Shown one piece after another: positions 13,851 to 27,712 of a stretch of DNA of 64,000 nt. Numbering within the stretch: the stretch's first letter is position 1; each line of letters begins with the position of its first letter. The notes beneath the pieces were generated by a model. It was given only the letters and a program-made list of their open reading frames with translations. It was not told where the DNA came from and searched no databases. Location: the NCBI RefSeq assembly GCF_009914755.1, contig NC_060945.1; one strand, given 5' to 3'. The DNA is from the human T2T-CHM13v2.0 reference genome, Homo sapiens. Both the position numbers and the translations under genes were made by a program.

Positions 13851-15310
13851 CTAAATAAAGCCTTCACCAGGGGCTCCAGGTGCGCTGAAGTTGCCCATCC
13901 ACTGACAGAGGCTTCGTTTCTGCAGAGGCTACCACCTACGCCTCATCAACACACTTGAGGTATCCCATCCTGTGTCCCTGGCAGCTGGGGCTTCCCACCA
14001 TGGCCATGCCCCAGAGGGCATCCTCTTTCTTCTGAGTCTCCTGTGCTCATAGTAAAAAAAAAAAAAAAAAAAAAAAGAGAGAGAGAGAGAGAGACTACAG
14101 TTCTGAAATGCCCCATCTCCAATAAATTTTACCCTATGCTCCTATCTCTGCCCCTGCCAGATGCCTGCCAAAGTGAAGGGCAGGGATTTAGCCAGCCACT
14201 GTCCACTCCCTGCCCACTTTGTGGCTCAACTCAGAGGCATCCTTCAAGTTCCACCATATCATATTCATGTACTATCTTCTTTGCTGTAATTTATGGACAC
14301 AATTGGAGCACTTCCGAGCTCCAATTAAGATGGTGAATGTATCTCATTTTATAATATTTAGCAAGACTTCACCACTGGCTGACCTTCCAAATGCGAAGAT
14401 TGGGCTATATTTTAATTCTCACTTCGTGGTGATAGCTTTGTGTCTGAGTTATGAGTGAGAGAATATAAGATGCTATTGTTTTCCTCTTTTCTAACCACAA
14501 AGGGCAATTGCATTGGAAGTGGAAATTTCATAGCAAGGAAAATGAAGACACCCACTCCTGTAGCATTACGGGAAATAGTTCACTGACTCCGCAGTTCAGA
14601 TGCTGTCTTTGATCATTACAACATACCTGTACCTCTGATTTTTAAAATTCCACCCATCACAACATCATCCAAGGGTGCACATGAAGAAAATCAGCACATT
14701 AATTTTTGTAGCAAAAACATTAGGGAGGGATTGCAATTCACAGCTTATACTGGTTCAAGATCAACAGCAATGACATAAAACCACCTAGTGACAGGCTTCC
14801 TGGAGAAGTCCCAAATTTGCAAATAGACAAAAATGCTGTCAACTGAAATTAGTGGAAATTGAAGGCCTTTGACCTATCCTACTCTGAAGCCTGAGTCGGC
14901 TGCACAGGTCCTGCAGGCCTTCCCTTTGTGAAAAGAGGCAGAGAGATGGGGTTCTGTGCCTTGGCCACTGGGGCAAAGAGCAGAGCACAAAGCTGAGACC
15001 ATGACCAACCTCTGTCACAGTCACCACGCTGCTGAAATGACTGGCTTTACTAGCAGCATTGCCAAATCAGAAGTCACGGCTGGGGATTATGTAGCTATGC
15101 CTGGGGCACGCACGCATCAGAGGCCTAGTCTGTGATATGGCAGAGGCTGAAAGCACCATCTGTCCACCATCCCTCTCTCACCAGCCTGCTCTATCTCCGA
15201 AAGAGGAGTAACCTTTGGTAGTGTCAGTGCTTTCACAGAGGTCAATGCACCCTATGAGCAGGATGGAACTCAGAACCATGGCTCTCATACTCTGTAAATT
15301 CTCATAAAGA

Positions 15311-15812
15311 TGTATTAGTTTCCTGTTGCTGCTGTAACAAGTGATTGCAGATGCAGTGGTTAACAATACACACATTTACTCTCCTATTGCTGCAACAGCC
15401 CAAAGTCAGAAATGAATCTTGCAAGACTAAAATCAAGGTATAAACAGGGCTGTGTTCCTTCTAGACTCTACGGGGAGTGTTTTCTTGCCTTTTTCAGATT
15501 CTAGAGTGCACCCAAGTTCCTTGGCTGGCAGCTCCTCCCTCCAATTTCAAAGCGTGTCACTCCATCTCTGTTTTTGACACCTGCCACATCTTCTTTTCTG
15601 ACTCTAACCTCCTACTTTCTTCCTATAAGGACCTTTGTGATTACTATGAGCCCACCCAGATGATCCAAGACCACCCTCCCCTCTCAAAATCCTTAACTTA
15701 CTCACACCTACAAAGTCCTTTTTGCTGTGTAATATAGCATATTTACAGGTTCTGAGGATTAAAACATGGATATCTTGTTGGGGGAGGAATGGTAATTATT
15801 CTTTCTATCGCA
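15311..15812 (-). mobile_element. MLT1-family MaLR solo LTR
   Basis: tgtattagtttcctgttgctgctgtaacaa...gactaaaatcaagg...ggttctgaggattaaaacatgg. Confidence 0.8.
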
Positions 15813-16840
15813 AACACATGAAAAGGCAAAATCCAGAATGAAATACTGCCTGTCAAAGGCAGAGGACAGGACACTTAGAAATGGATGCTAATTCAAAGGT
15901 CTGCTGGCTGGAAGACGTGAAGGGAGAGGTAAGAAAAAGGAGGAGAAAGGTAGAGATTGCCAAATTCAGAGACAGAGAGCACTTGAAACCACAGCACTGA
16001 CTTGGAGTCAGCAGCCCTGGGACGCAAGCTGGCCTGGCGCCACCCTTTTCTGTGACTCTATGCATGACCCATGCCTTTCTGAGCTTTATTCTGCTCTCTT
16101 CCTCACCCTTCACTGCCTCCCACCCTGGCTCTGCACTGGTGAATGTGGGCTTCCTTCCTGGTCGAGCTGCTCCTGTCAACCCCTCTCTGGGACTCTGTGT
16201 CCCTCCTCTCACCTGTGCCTCACAAGTCATCTTCTCACTCTTCTCCTCTGTCCTTCTTCTCCAAGGAATCACTCCTTTATCCCACAAACATGCTGGAATC
16301 TCCCTTCTCAGAAAGAAATCTCCCTTGGCCTCATGTTCACCTCTGCCCAGCTTATTTCTCTGCTCCTATTTATAGTAAAACTCCCCAAAATAGTGATCTA
16401 TCTTGCTGTCCACCTCCTCAGCTCCGCTCACCCCCGGTCTATTGATCCTACTCCGTGTGGGTTTCTGGCCCCAGACATTCCTCTGGAATGCTGTCAGGAA
16501 TGACAGTGACTGCTTTGTCTTGCCTGGGGGCAGTCCTCTCACCTTCCTTGACTTCTCAGTGCCTTGGACATGGCTGATCACCCCTCCCTTTTCAGCATTT
16601 CCTTCCTTGCCTCCCTTGACATCAGGTCCCCCAGTCTTCTCCCTGTCTCCCTGTCTGCATCTTCTTGGCCTCGTTTGCCAATCCCCACTCCTTCCTTTGC
16701 CAGCTTGTCAACGTCGGGCACCACTGGCTCCGTCCTCAGACCTCTCCTCTTCCTACTCCTGTTCTCTTGGTGAGTTTACACAGTCTCACCACCCTCAATG
16801 CCTCCTGCATGCTAAAAGTGACCTCATCTCCCTTATGAGC

Positions 16841-17191
16841 TGCATTAGTCTGTTCTCATGCTGCTAATAAAGACATGCCCAGGACTGGGTAATTTATAAA
16901 GAAAAGGAGGCTTAATGGACTCACAGTTCCACATGACTGGGGAGGCCTCACAATCATGGTGGAAGGCAAAGGAGGAGCAAAGGCACATCTTACATGGTGG
17001 CAGGTGAGAGAGAGTGTGCCCTTTATAAAACCATCAGATCTCATGATTTATTCACTGTCACAAGAACGACACGGGTAAAACCCACCCCCGCATTCAAAGA
17101 CCTCCCATCAGATCCTTCCCACGACACATGGGGATTATGGGATCTACAGCTCGAGATGAGATTTGGGTGGGGACACAGCCAGATCACATCA
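16841..17191 (-). mobile_element. THE1 (THE1C-like) solo LTR
   Basis: tgctaataaagacat...ggactcacagttccacatg...gatgagatttgggtggggacacagcca. Confidence 0.9.
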
Positions 17192-17555
17192 GCACCTCAA
17201 GCGCCCTTCCCATCTCGAGACTCCTGTATCCAGCTCCTACCCAGTATCTCTATGTGGATACCAGACATACATCTCAGACACAGCAGGCCCAAAGATGAGC
17301 CTTGGTTCATTACCTCCAGCCCTGCTACTCCCAAGGTCACCCCTACTTCAGCAAATCCGTTCTGACTGCTCAAGCCAAAATTCTAGGGGCCAACATTGCC
17401 TCCTCACCCTCTGCTGCTGTACCCGCAGCTCAGTCGTGAAGCCCATTGGTTCTATATTCAAAGCCTATTCAGAGATTACTCTGCACTTTGTGCAGCCTCC
17501 ACCAAAAATCCCTAAGCCTAAGCCACCATCGTTCTTCGCCTCGAATACTCGAGAC

Positions 17556-18071
17556 AAGTGGTCCTCCTTATCTGCAGTTTTACTTTCCACAGTTGCAGTT
17601 ACCCACAGTCGACTGTGGTCTGAAAATATTAAATGGAAAAAATTCAGAGATAAACAGTCCATTAAGTTTTAAATTATGCATCATTCTGGGTAGCCCGATG
17701 AAATCTCTCACCATCTTGCTCTATCCTGCCTGGGATGTGAACCCCCTCTTTGTCCAGCATCCCCACACTGTCTGCACTATGCTCGCATAAGTCACTTAGT
17801 AGCTATCTCAGTGATCAGATGGACTGTTGTGATATCACAGTGCTTGTGTCCAAACCACCCTGATTTTACTTTTATTATAGTATGTTGCTACAGGTGTTTT
17901 ATTTTATTATTAGTTACTGTTAATCTCTTACTGTGCCTAATTTTTAAGTTAAGCTTCATCATAGGTATCTATAGGACAAGACATAATCTATATAGGGTTT
18001 AGTACTATCCGTGGCAACAGACATCCACCGGAGGTCCTGCAAGGCCTCCCCTGGGTCAAGAGGGGCTACTG
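17556..18071. mobile_element. MER44 (Tigger7-derived) DNA transposon
   Basis: agtggtcctccttatctgcag...tgaaaatattaaatggaaaa...ggggctactg termini. Confidence 0.8.
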
Positions 18072-19075
18072 TAGACTGCTCACCACCTTCCCTTCTTGCC
18101 CCATCTATGTTCTATTTTCAACACAACAGCCAAAGAGTAATACTTTCCTTTTAAAAAACAAAATCAGATCTTGTCTTTCCCCCACCCAAAATCTTCCCAC
18201 GACGTCCTATCTCATGCAGAAAAAACAGACAACAGTACACCCACCAGTTCCCTGTGATGCTCATGTGGCTCCAGTTCAGCCTCTCCGGCCTCATTCCCAG
18301 AGGCTCCCATCCAGCCTCACTATTCCTGGAACAGCAGCCTCTGTGCCGTGCACTTGCCAAGTCCACTGCGGAGACCCTAGTTTCTTCAGACCTTCCCAAG
18401 GTTCACGCCCTGACTTTATGGTGTCTCTGCTCAAATGCCTCTTTCTTGAGAGGCCTTCCCTGGCCACCACATCCAACATGGCTCCTTGTTTCCCCAGCCC
18501 TTTTCCCTGTCCTTTTGCAGAATGTGAAACACACCATCGCATGCAATCAGTGTGCATGTTTACCTGTGGATTTCCCATGTTCCTACTGGAATGTGAGCAC
18601 CGTAAGGACTGATATTTCATGGGTCTCTCTCTGTTGCATTTCCAGGACCTAGAATAACACCCAGTGCATAGGAGGTGCTCTATTTGTAGAATGTAGAGTG
18701 TTTGTAGAATGCGAGTGTGCTCTCACAGCACGACTGTTCACACCATCACGGTGCTCTCTTGCTCTATTCTAATTGTCTGTCACTCCAATCGCCTCCCACA
18801 CAGGGCTATAAGATCTTCAGGGGTGGGGGTGTTATCTCCTTTGCCCCAATGCCTAGGTATTTGTATGTCTTGGATGCTTGGAAAGATGAATGGAGAAATG
18901 AATTGATGAGATTAGATGAGTCAGAATTATGCCTAAGGTTGGCCTTGGGCCCACTGTTCGACAGGTAAATTGGTTTGCTTTTAATTCATCAGACATTTCA
19001 GTGGGCTGTATAAATGCCATCCCAGCTGGTTACACAGGCAGGAACAATTGAAATGATATTAAAAAAAAAAAATCT

Positions 19076-19443
<368 letters not shown>

Positions 19444-21503
19444 TCATGGCAATCTAGCCCCATCTGCCCTACCTGTGCCTTAAACAATTGGAGGGGATGT
19501 CCCCTGGATACTCTCCAAATGCCACCCTCACCTTCCCAGCAGAAATGGCAAGTCTAGAAAATTGCCTCCTAAAGCTAATTCTGACATAATGAAAAGTAAA
19601 TACAAATGTATCCATTTTCCTCTGGCTTCTCTTCTTGATTTCTATCAGACCTCGAGAGATTCTGTAAAGACCCTGGCCAGCATTCACTGGTGTGGATCAT
19701 TTAACTACCGTTGTGTTTAACTATCATTGTCCCAAAACATAACTTGATAATTTGGGGCTGCCCAATAAAATTTTAACAATCTTACCTTTCTTTGCTCTAA
19801 AAAATAACAGCAAAAAAAAAAATAAATAAAATAACTAAACCAGATTTGTTATTTGAAGAAAGGGAAGGGAAAAAATGAAGAAATCACTTAAAATATAGAT
19901 ATTTGAAAGTATGGTTGGGGAAACTAGCATCCAAACCATTTGTATTAGAATTATAGTATTTTCCACTTAAAGAAGTGAGACAAGTTAATTGCATAGTTAC
20001 CATAAAATAAACTACATGGTAATTACACAGAAACTCCTTTAGAAACCATAGTAATTACACCGAACTGAAGCCTTCTAAAATAGACCAAGAGTTACCAAGT
20101 TCACACACAATGGAAAGATGTTTAACCTGTTCGCCGACTACTTGATGTGAACAGAGCACGGCCAGTGACTTTTGATGCCCGCTTCTGGAGATAATGACTT
20201 TTAAATACAGATGTCTTTCTAGAAATGGTCCCTAGCACAATATTTCCTTTCAACAAATGGGAGAAAAAGCTCAGTTACCCACTGCCAGGCAGCAGGAAAG
20301 TTGACAGTAATTTGCCGTCTGAGGGAGGTGACAGTCCTAAAAGGGAAATATTAACAGTCTCGATTTTAGAAAGGAGCTTTTGGTTGCTAGCTCACATTTA
20401 CATACTGTATGTCGAACCTGAAAGGAAGCTATGTTCGAATAGAAATGGCTCTGCTGAGAAGTGAATGGTACAGTATATTTTGTATAGAAAAAGCAATTTT
20501 CTTGGGAATTAAAAGGCCTGTTATGCAGTCCCTGCCCAAAAGGCTCAAAACAATCACCTTTTGTCATTCTGTTTTACACAAGCCAAATTATTCAGCTGGC
20601 AAAGTAAAAGGGGAGGGAGATAAAATACACGGGTGAGGGAGATTGTCATCCCCCAAGAAACTTGGTAGAACGCAAAGGTCTGGGAAATAGGCTGTAGGAA
20701 TCCTGGGCTCTTAGCATGCGGTGTTGTTTGGAGGTGACTAGCTAACTGTTAGGAGTGATTTTATCCAAAAGGTGGAAGTCTGTCTCCTGGTGTCCTTAAG
20801 TCATGGGGATTAAGGTTCCGGAAGAAGCAATTCCAGGGTTTCTAATGGTCCCCGGAGTTTCTCGGCACAGAGCTCAGCCTCCTGCTGCCCTCCCCAAGGC
20901 GAGACGGGGCTCAACAGGCCTGTCTACAAACGGCCTTGCCGCTGCTGCTCTGCTCCTTGCAGGGCCTCCACACTGGCCGCAGCCCAGGATCCAGATGACA
21001 TCAGGACTAGATTCCGAATCAGCTGCCAAGGCTGTTGTGAATTTAATTTCATAGACATTGTTCTGCTAAGTTGATGCCAGGACAGATGATGGGTATGAGA
21101 GCAAGAAATGAGATTAGCGATGAGCAAAACCAGACGAAGGGGAAAAGAGAAATTTCTAATTGCACATAACTTAAACCTCATTTGCGTTCCACTCTGACGC
21201 AGCCAGGCCAACTCCAAACCCACAGAGATGTGTTTAGTGCAAACATACTTCTGTTAAACCCTGACCTGAGTCCTCGCTGTCTGTTACACACAAACACAAA
21301 GTGTCATTGTGTCTAGAGGGCTGTGGGCATCTCTGCTAAGAGGTGCAATCATTAAAGGCAGAGAACTGTCTCCCACTTCATTTTCCTAGCTCCATAAACA
21401 TTTGTTGACTGAATAAATGAGTGCCTGGGTCTGAGCAGAGATCTACTAGAAGTCACCACAGAATGTCACAACCTGGAGCCAAAAGACTGCATGATCTCAA
21501 CTC

Positions 21504-22005
<502 letters not shown>

Positions 22006-22546
22006 CGAAGACTGTGTGATCTGTTAAGGGAAAGACAGCTGCAAAGTTGTCTTGCTCCTAAATGTATGACAATCAAAAAAACCAGAGTTGTTACAATTAG
22101 TTAGAATCCTGAGATAAGGAGCATTTTAGAGTTGTAATCTTGCAGAGTCATGCAGTGACTGGCAGCGATAAGAATTCAGCATTCCAGATGTTTTTTCAAC
22201 ACTTCTGTCCACCACGCTGCTTAGGGCTTCATTCACAATTGCTCCATTTCAACATGCCATGTGTCTGAAGTCTATGCAGTCATCATCCCTCAGAAAGACT
22301 CGTGGTTCTGCATGTGTCTAGGATAGACTGACACTAACTTGACTTGCCTATTACTGTTCTAGAGTGGTTGCTAGTTAAAATGATTGCCATGAAACTTCTC
22401 AAGATAGACTGCCAGGGAAACATGTTACATCAACCATGTTCTTGAGTAAGAATGTAAATGAATACATTCCCTATTCCAGGGACATATGAGGTAGACCTTA
22501 GCCCTAACACAGCAGGGGTTTTGCACCAGGAAAGCCACAGAGCAGA

Positions 22547-22763
22547 CAGACGGTCTTGGAGTTCCTCCCAGCATCACCTCGGACTTTGTCTGGGCCGTGC
22601 TTGCTTTAGTCTCTCCGCCATGAGCCTGTGCGTAAACCTCGGTCTCTCACATCCACAGAGGTCAGGTCTTTGCCCAGACAGCAGGAGGCAACCCATCGAC
22701 AGAGGCCTGGACCAGATGGTCACCGTGTCTCAGCGGGACCTGTTATCCCCTGTGCATCCAACC
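22547..22763. repeat. Donor of the inverted copy at 21543-21759
   Basis: Reverse complement aligns without gaps over 217 bp; 16 mismatches by manual count. Confidence 0.95.
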
Positions 22764-23225
22764 AGATCCCATAAGAAGGCAGCCTTCTCACCCAGACCTA
22801 GATTGGACCAAGTGTGTGGACTCTACTTGATACATTGAAATGTTCAATGTATTTTAAACAACTAATCTCAATATGTTATTGAATTCCCAAGAACCTCTTT
22901 GGTGAAATTGATTTTGTAAGCCTCACACGCCCTGGGGGTGCCCCGCCACCCCATTTAGAAGGAACAGGGTGGCTGGTGGGTGATGCAGGGGTCTTGGCCA
23001 CACCTGTGTCTTTGTCTTGTCATTGGAAAAGTGGAGATGATGGCAGAGCCTCCCTCTCAGGCTCAGTGGAAGGACTAATGAGAGAAAATATGCATCCGGT
23101 GAAGAAATAAGTGCCCAACCAATGTTACCTCTTATCACTATGAACTGCAGCTGAGGAATCTAAGTTCCGGGGACGGGGCCAAAAACGCAGCAGGAGGATC
23201 ACGGGGCTAAGAAGAAGATTCCTAC

Positions 23226-23313
23226 CTGCCAAATCTCAGGGCCGTGGGGAAGTGCTAGCAGTTCACAAAGCAACTCAGGGCCCTGCTCAGAAGTGAGTTT
23301 TTTCCTTTTCCCC
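23226..23313 (-). other. Candidate 88-nt exon
   Basis: Minus strand: acceptor TCTGCTTATTCCTCCAG| and donor CAG|GTAGGA. Confidence 0.4.
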
Positions 23314-23395
23314 CTGGAGGAATAAGCAGATTTTAGGTGATATACAAAGACAATCACATTTTGGAAAGCAAACCCCGGGACATTGTGCAAATATG

Positions 23396-23624
23396 CACAC
23401 ACATTCATATACACATACAACACACACACACAACACACACACATACATACACACACAACACACACATACATACACACACAACACACACACATACATACAC
23501 ACATACAACACACACAACACACACAAATACAACACACACACATACATACACATATACAACACACAATACACCCACACACACATACATACACACATACAAC
23601 ACACACAACACACACACACACACA
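23396..23624. repeat. Compound CA/CATA/CAA low-complexity tract (~230 bp)
   Basis: G-free on the plus strand; recurring units such as cacacatacatacacacacaa. Confidence 0.95.
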
Positions 23625-25344
23625 TGTATACAGAGGTACGTTTTACATGTTTATATTTTCTAATGTAAAGGCAACATCAACTGTAGAAAATTTGAAAAAT
23701 ATTGAAATGTATGACAATAATTAGAAGCTACTCATAATCGCATAATCTCAACATCAGGAAAATTCGCAGTCGACATTCTGGGAGTTTTCCCCTAAACACA
23801 TGGATATTTTGGGACAATAGCCCTATCCATACATCTTTGTATAATATCCTTCTTTTGTTGATGTGCCACTTCAAGAATTTACTCGGTTTTACAAGACAAA
23901 ATTTTAAAGACAGAGAAAATCTTCCCATGCTACCATATGTATTTTTCCTCTTTAGGGGTTTTATAGTCTGACACACAAAAGTCACCATTCAGAACCCTAA
24001 GTGCATGGGGTCAGTCCCTCTCAGCCACGTCGAGACTTTAATACCAGAGACATGGACAGGCGATACCTCCTCCCCAGGACCAAGGACTGAGTGATCTTGA
24101 TGGTGAAGAGGTGACTGAATTCTTCAAATGGGCACTGCATACAATCAGGTCCACAGGGATGCAGGATGGGCAGGCATCCCATCTGTGCCCAGTCTGGGGG
24201 CAGTGGAGCCAAGTTGGCTACCTGAAAGCATCAACCTTGATGGCAGGAGGCTCAGTGTCCCCACAGAGATGCAGTCCCGGTTCGGGCTCTCCAGGAGGCA
24301 GGCTCCATCTTTCCCGTGTCTGCCCAGAAATCTCTGCTCCTATGTCACCCGACATTCTGTTGCTTGGTAACTAGAGCACCTAATTATTCTACTAGGAGGT
24401 CAAAGAAATGCCAGCAACCCCATTACATAGACCCAAGAAAGTCAGACATAAGGCATTCATTTGCATAAGAGAACTTTATTTTTCAGCTAGAGATAGGAAA
24501 GAAAGAGACTCCAAAGTTCAGTGTATTTTTGCTAATACGAAAGCAAGATGACCTGGAAAATAAAGTGCAGTACAAAAAAAAAGTGACGAAAAGCAAGTTA
24601 GAAGAGGTTTTTGGTGTTTGATTTTTGGTTTTTGTTTTTAATTCCTGAAATTGTTCATAGACAAGGAGTAGTGAATGGTCAAGGAGGGAAAGTACTTTTT
24701 CATCATTGAGAAGAGAAAATGCTTTTTAAAAATCTGTTAGATAATGAGTTGTTTTCTAGTAAAGATTTCTTAAAGATCATGGGGTTTTTTTGGTTTGAAT
24801 TTTGTTTTTTTGTCATTTTTGTTTTTGAGTGGAGTTTTCTTTTTAACTAATTCTAGGTTATCAGGTTTAAAAATAATAGAGTTGTTTTTTACGTTTTTTG
24901 TTGACAATATCTGTGTGTTTTTATCTGACTCTCTGTGGCTATAATTGCCAGAGTTTCATTTCCTAAAGAATTCTTCCTTTTACTCTTGGTTGTTTGCTAA
25001 AAATATCCCAGCTGCCTGTAGACAATGGGCATGGCTGCCGCCTAGCCAGCCCCCTGCCAGTGGAGTGTTCTGCTATTCATAGCTAGGTCCTCTTCAGACA
25101 CGTGAAGACTGGAGGTCCTGATTTCTATGTCTTCTCTAAGTAATGCCATGAGTGACTGCAGGGGCTTTGGAGAAACATTTCGCGTTCCCAGCCATACCCA
25201 TCTCTAGATAGATATGACTCGCTCCACACCATTCCAGAGTCGAGAAATGCTCTCTCATTTCCTGATTGTCTCCCAGTCAAATTTCACACCAACGTTGCAG
25301 CACACCATGGGCCTCTGCCTGCCTTGAGTGGTATTGGATACCCC

Positions 25345-25720
25345 AGAACCGCCCATCCCGTTTAAAATACCCCAAAAATGCTGCTAACTGCCCCCTGGAA
25401 CCAGAAAAGCTCGGAAGCAAAGAACGAGGCGGGCTGGGAGAGAGGGGAGAAAGATTGTTCCTTGAGAATTCCGTTCACCGATGAAAACTGGCGAAAAAAT
25501 TAAACAGCTCCCATGTTGCTGGGCTCCCGCGTTCCTTACGTCACCCGGCGCTCTTTCTTGGTGCGTGCTGGCTGACTTGCTCTCCGCACCTGCTCTGGAC
25601 CAGCGCTCCTCCCGGGTCTGCGCATCCGCGGGGAGCGGGAGGCCCGGAGCTGCAAGGGTCGGTCCGCTCGCGCCCTCTGCTGGCATTGAGGAGTCACGAC
25701 CTGGTCGAACCGGCCACTTG
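25345..25720. promoter_or_regulatory. Small CpG-island-like promoter/regulatory element
   Basis: Densest non-repeat CpG cluster in the window; CRE-like TTACGTCA at 25536-25543, TGCGCA at 25619-25624, adjacent CTCF motif. Confidence 0.7.
25670..25683 (-). promoter_or_regulatory. CTCF core motif
   Basis: Minus strand CCAGCAGAGGGCGC, a full match to CCASYAGRKGGCRS. Confidence 0.7.
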
Positions 25721-25957
25721 GACCTGAGTTGCTCGGTGTTGTCCTCAGGGCCATTTCACCCAAAACCTCCTGTTCATTTTGAAGGCTTATCATAGCCCAG
25801 ACATATCCCCTATGGCTGAAAGAATGCAGGAAATAATTAATTGGAAAGCACATGTGAAAAATAACATACACAGGATGGTGGGGCTGCACCATCAATGTGA
25901 ATGCACTTAATGCCACTAAACCGTACACTTGAAAATGGTTAAAAAGGTAAATTGTAG

Positions 25958-26254
25958 GGCTGGGCATGGTGACTCATGCCTGTAATCCCAACACTTTGGG
26001 AGGCTGAGGCGGGCGGATCACTTAAGGTCAGGAGTTCGAGACCAGCCTGGTCAACAGGGTGACACCCCATCTCTACTAAAAATACAAAAATTATCTGGGC
26101 ATGGTCGCGGGTGCCTGTAACCCTAACTACTAGGGAGACTGAGGCAAGAGAATCACTTGAACCCAGGAGGCAGAGGTTGCAGGGAGCTGAGATCATACCA
26201 CCACACTCAAGCCTGGGCGACAGAGCGAGACTTTGTCTCAAAAAAAGAAAAAAA
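25958..26254 (+). mobile_element. AluS inserted in an old L1 3'-end fragment (~25870-26290)
   Basis: Dimeric Alu; TSD aaaa(a/g)gtaaattgta; host motif aatgtgaatgcacttaatgccact. Confidence 0.93.
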
Positions 26255-26594
26255 GTAAATTGTATGTTGTGTACATTTTACCACAATTATATATATACAC
26301 ATATGATGCCAATGAGGGCATGTGAAAAGAAGAGCAATTGTGCTGACACATCTAATGTGCTGCTCCCAATCCACTTGAAGCCTTCTTCTTTCCCCTGGCC
26401 ACGGAGAAGTCACAGTCGGTGCCCAGGGCTGGTTCCTGGGTAGGGAGGGTGATGGGGTACAGAAAAGGTAGCCCAGGGCCTCAGGGGGGGCCTGGGCAAA
26501 GTGTGGTGGTCACACAGCAAAAACTGCCCCCTCCCTCCCCATGTCATTCTCCACCTCCCTCCTCACTCTCCCCAGAGTGTACGAGAGAGACTCA

Positions 26595-26947
<353 letters not shown>

Positions 26948-27377
26948 TGTATGTTTAATCCTTCAATCCCCTCCTTTTCAAAGTTCAGTGTGGTGAGGAA
27001 GATTGGAAAGTGGAGAGGCGCCCTGAGCAAGCTGAGAGAAGGGGCACAGGGGCAGCCATCACCCCACACACAGAGTCACCCAAAGACATTCACTCCAACA
27101 GGAAAACTCCAAAACTTGAGTCCAAAATCCAAACCAGAAAATAAAATGGACCGTGCTGTATAAACAACAAAAGACAAGCTTCTCTCTCTCCCGTCTATCT
27201 GTGTCAAGCTCTCTGGAGGAAATGGACGCTCGCTAGGAGGAAAAGAAGGATGGAGGGAGAGGTAGGAAGAGACAGTATGATGAGGGACAGAGTAGAAGAG
27301 AACTGGGCAGCCTGCCCGCCTGGAACCCACTGTCTAGCTTCCCACCGCAGACTCAAGGGATGCTCGCGGCTAAGAGC

Positions 27378-27712
27378 CTCAAGGGATGTCGGGGCTAAGA
27401 GCCCGCTCTGCCCGGGTTTGGGCAGAAGGTGGACCTGTACATTCCAGACCCAGCAGGCAGGCCCATCAGGGAGTGTGGTGTGTGCACTGTGCAAGCCATT
27501 GGGGGTTTTAATATGTGCTATATATCAAGGGATATATAGCACATGTTATATATGTGCTCAAGGGATGGTCGGGGCCAAGAGCCCACTCTGCCCGGGTTTG
27601 GGCAGAAGGTGGACCTGTACATTCCAGACCCAGCAGGCAGGCCCATCAAGGAGTGTGGTGTGTGCACTGTGCAAGCCATTGGGGGTTTTAACATGTGCTA
27701 TATATCAAAGGG
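27378..27712 (+). repeat. Tandem duplication, two ~155-bp copies, period ~179-180 bp
   Basis: Copies start ctcaagggatg at 27378 and 27557; near-identical. Confidence 0.97.

Larger units (their letters stand above)
16050..18690 (+). mobile_element. Ancient L2 element, interrupted by a THE1 LTR and MER44
   Basis: CT-rich L2-like segments at 16050-16840, 17192-17555 and 18075-18690, ending cctagaataacacccagtgcataggaggtgctc (L2 3' end). Confidence 0.7.

Noticed and set aside
20396-20417. Possible 22-nt minus-strand microexon (ttcctttcag|...|gtgagc)
   Set aside because: Short pyrimidine tract with a competing upstream AG; such pairs are common by chance
23199-23724. Overlapping Cys/Val- and His/Thr-rich ORFs
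   Set aside because: Translations of the CA/TG low-complexity tract
24067-24221. Possible minus-strand exon
   Set aside because: Weak acceptor and weak donor (GAG|GTATCG)
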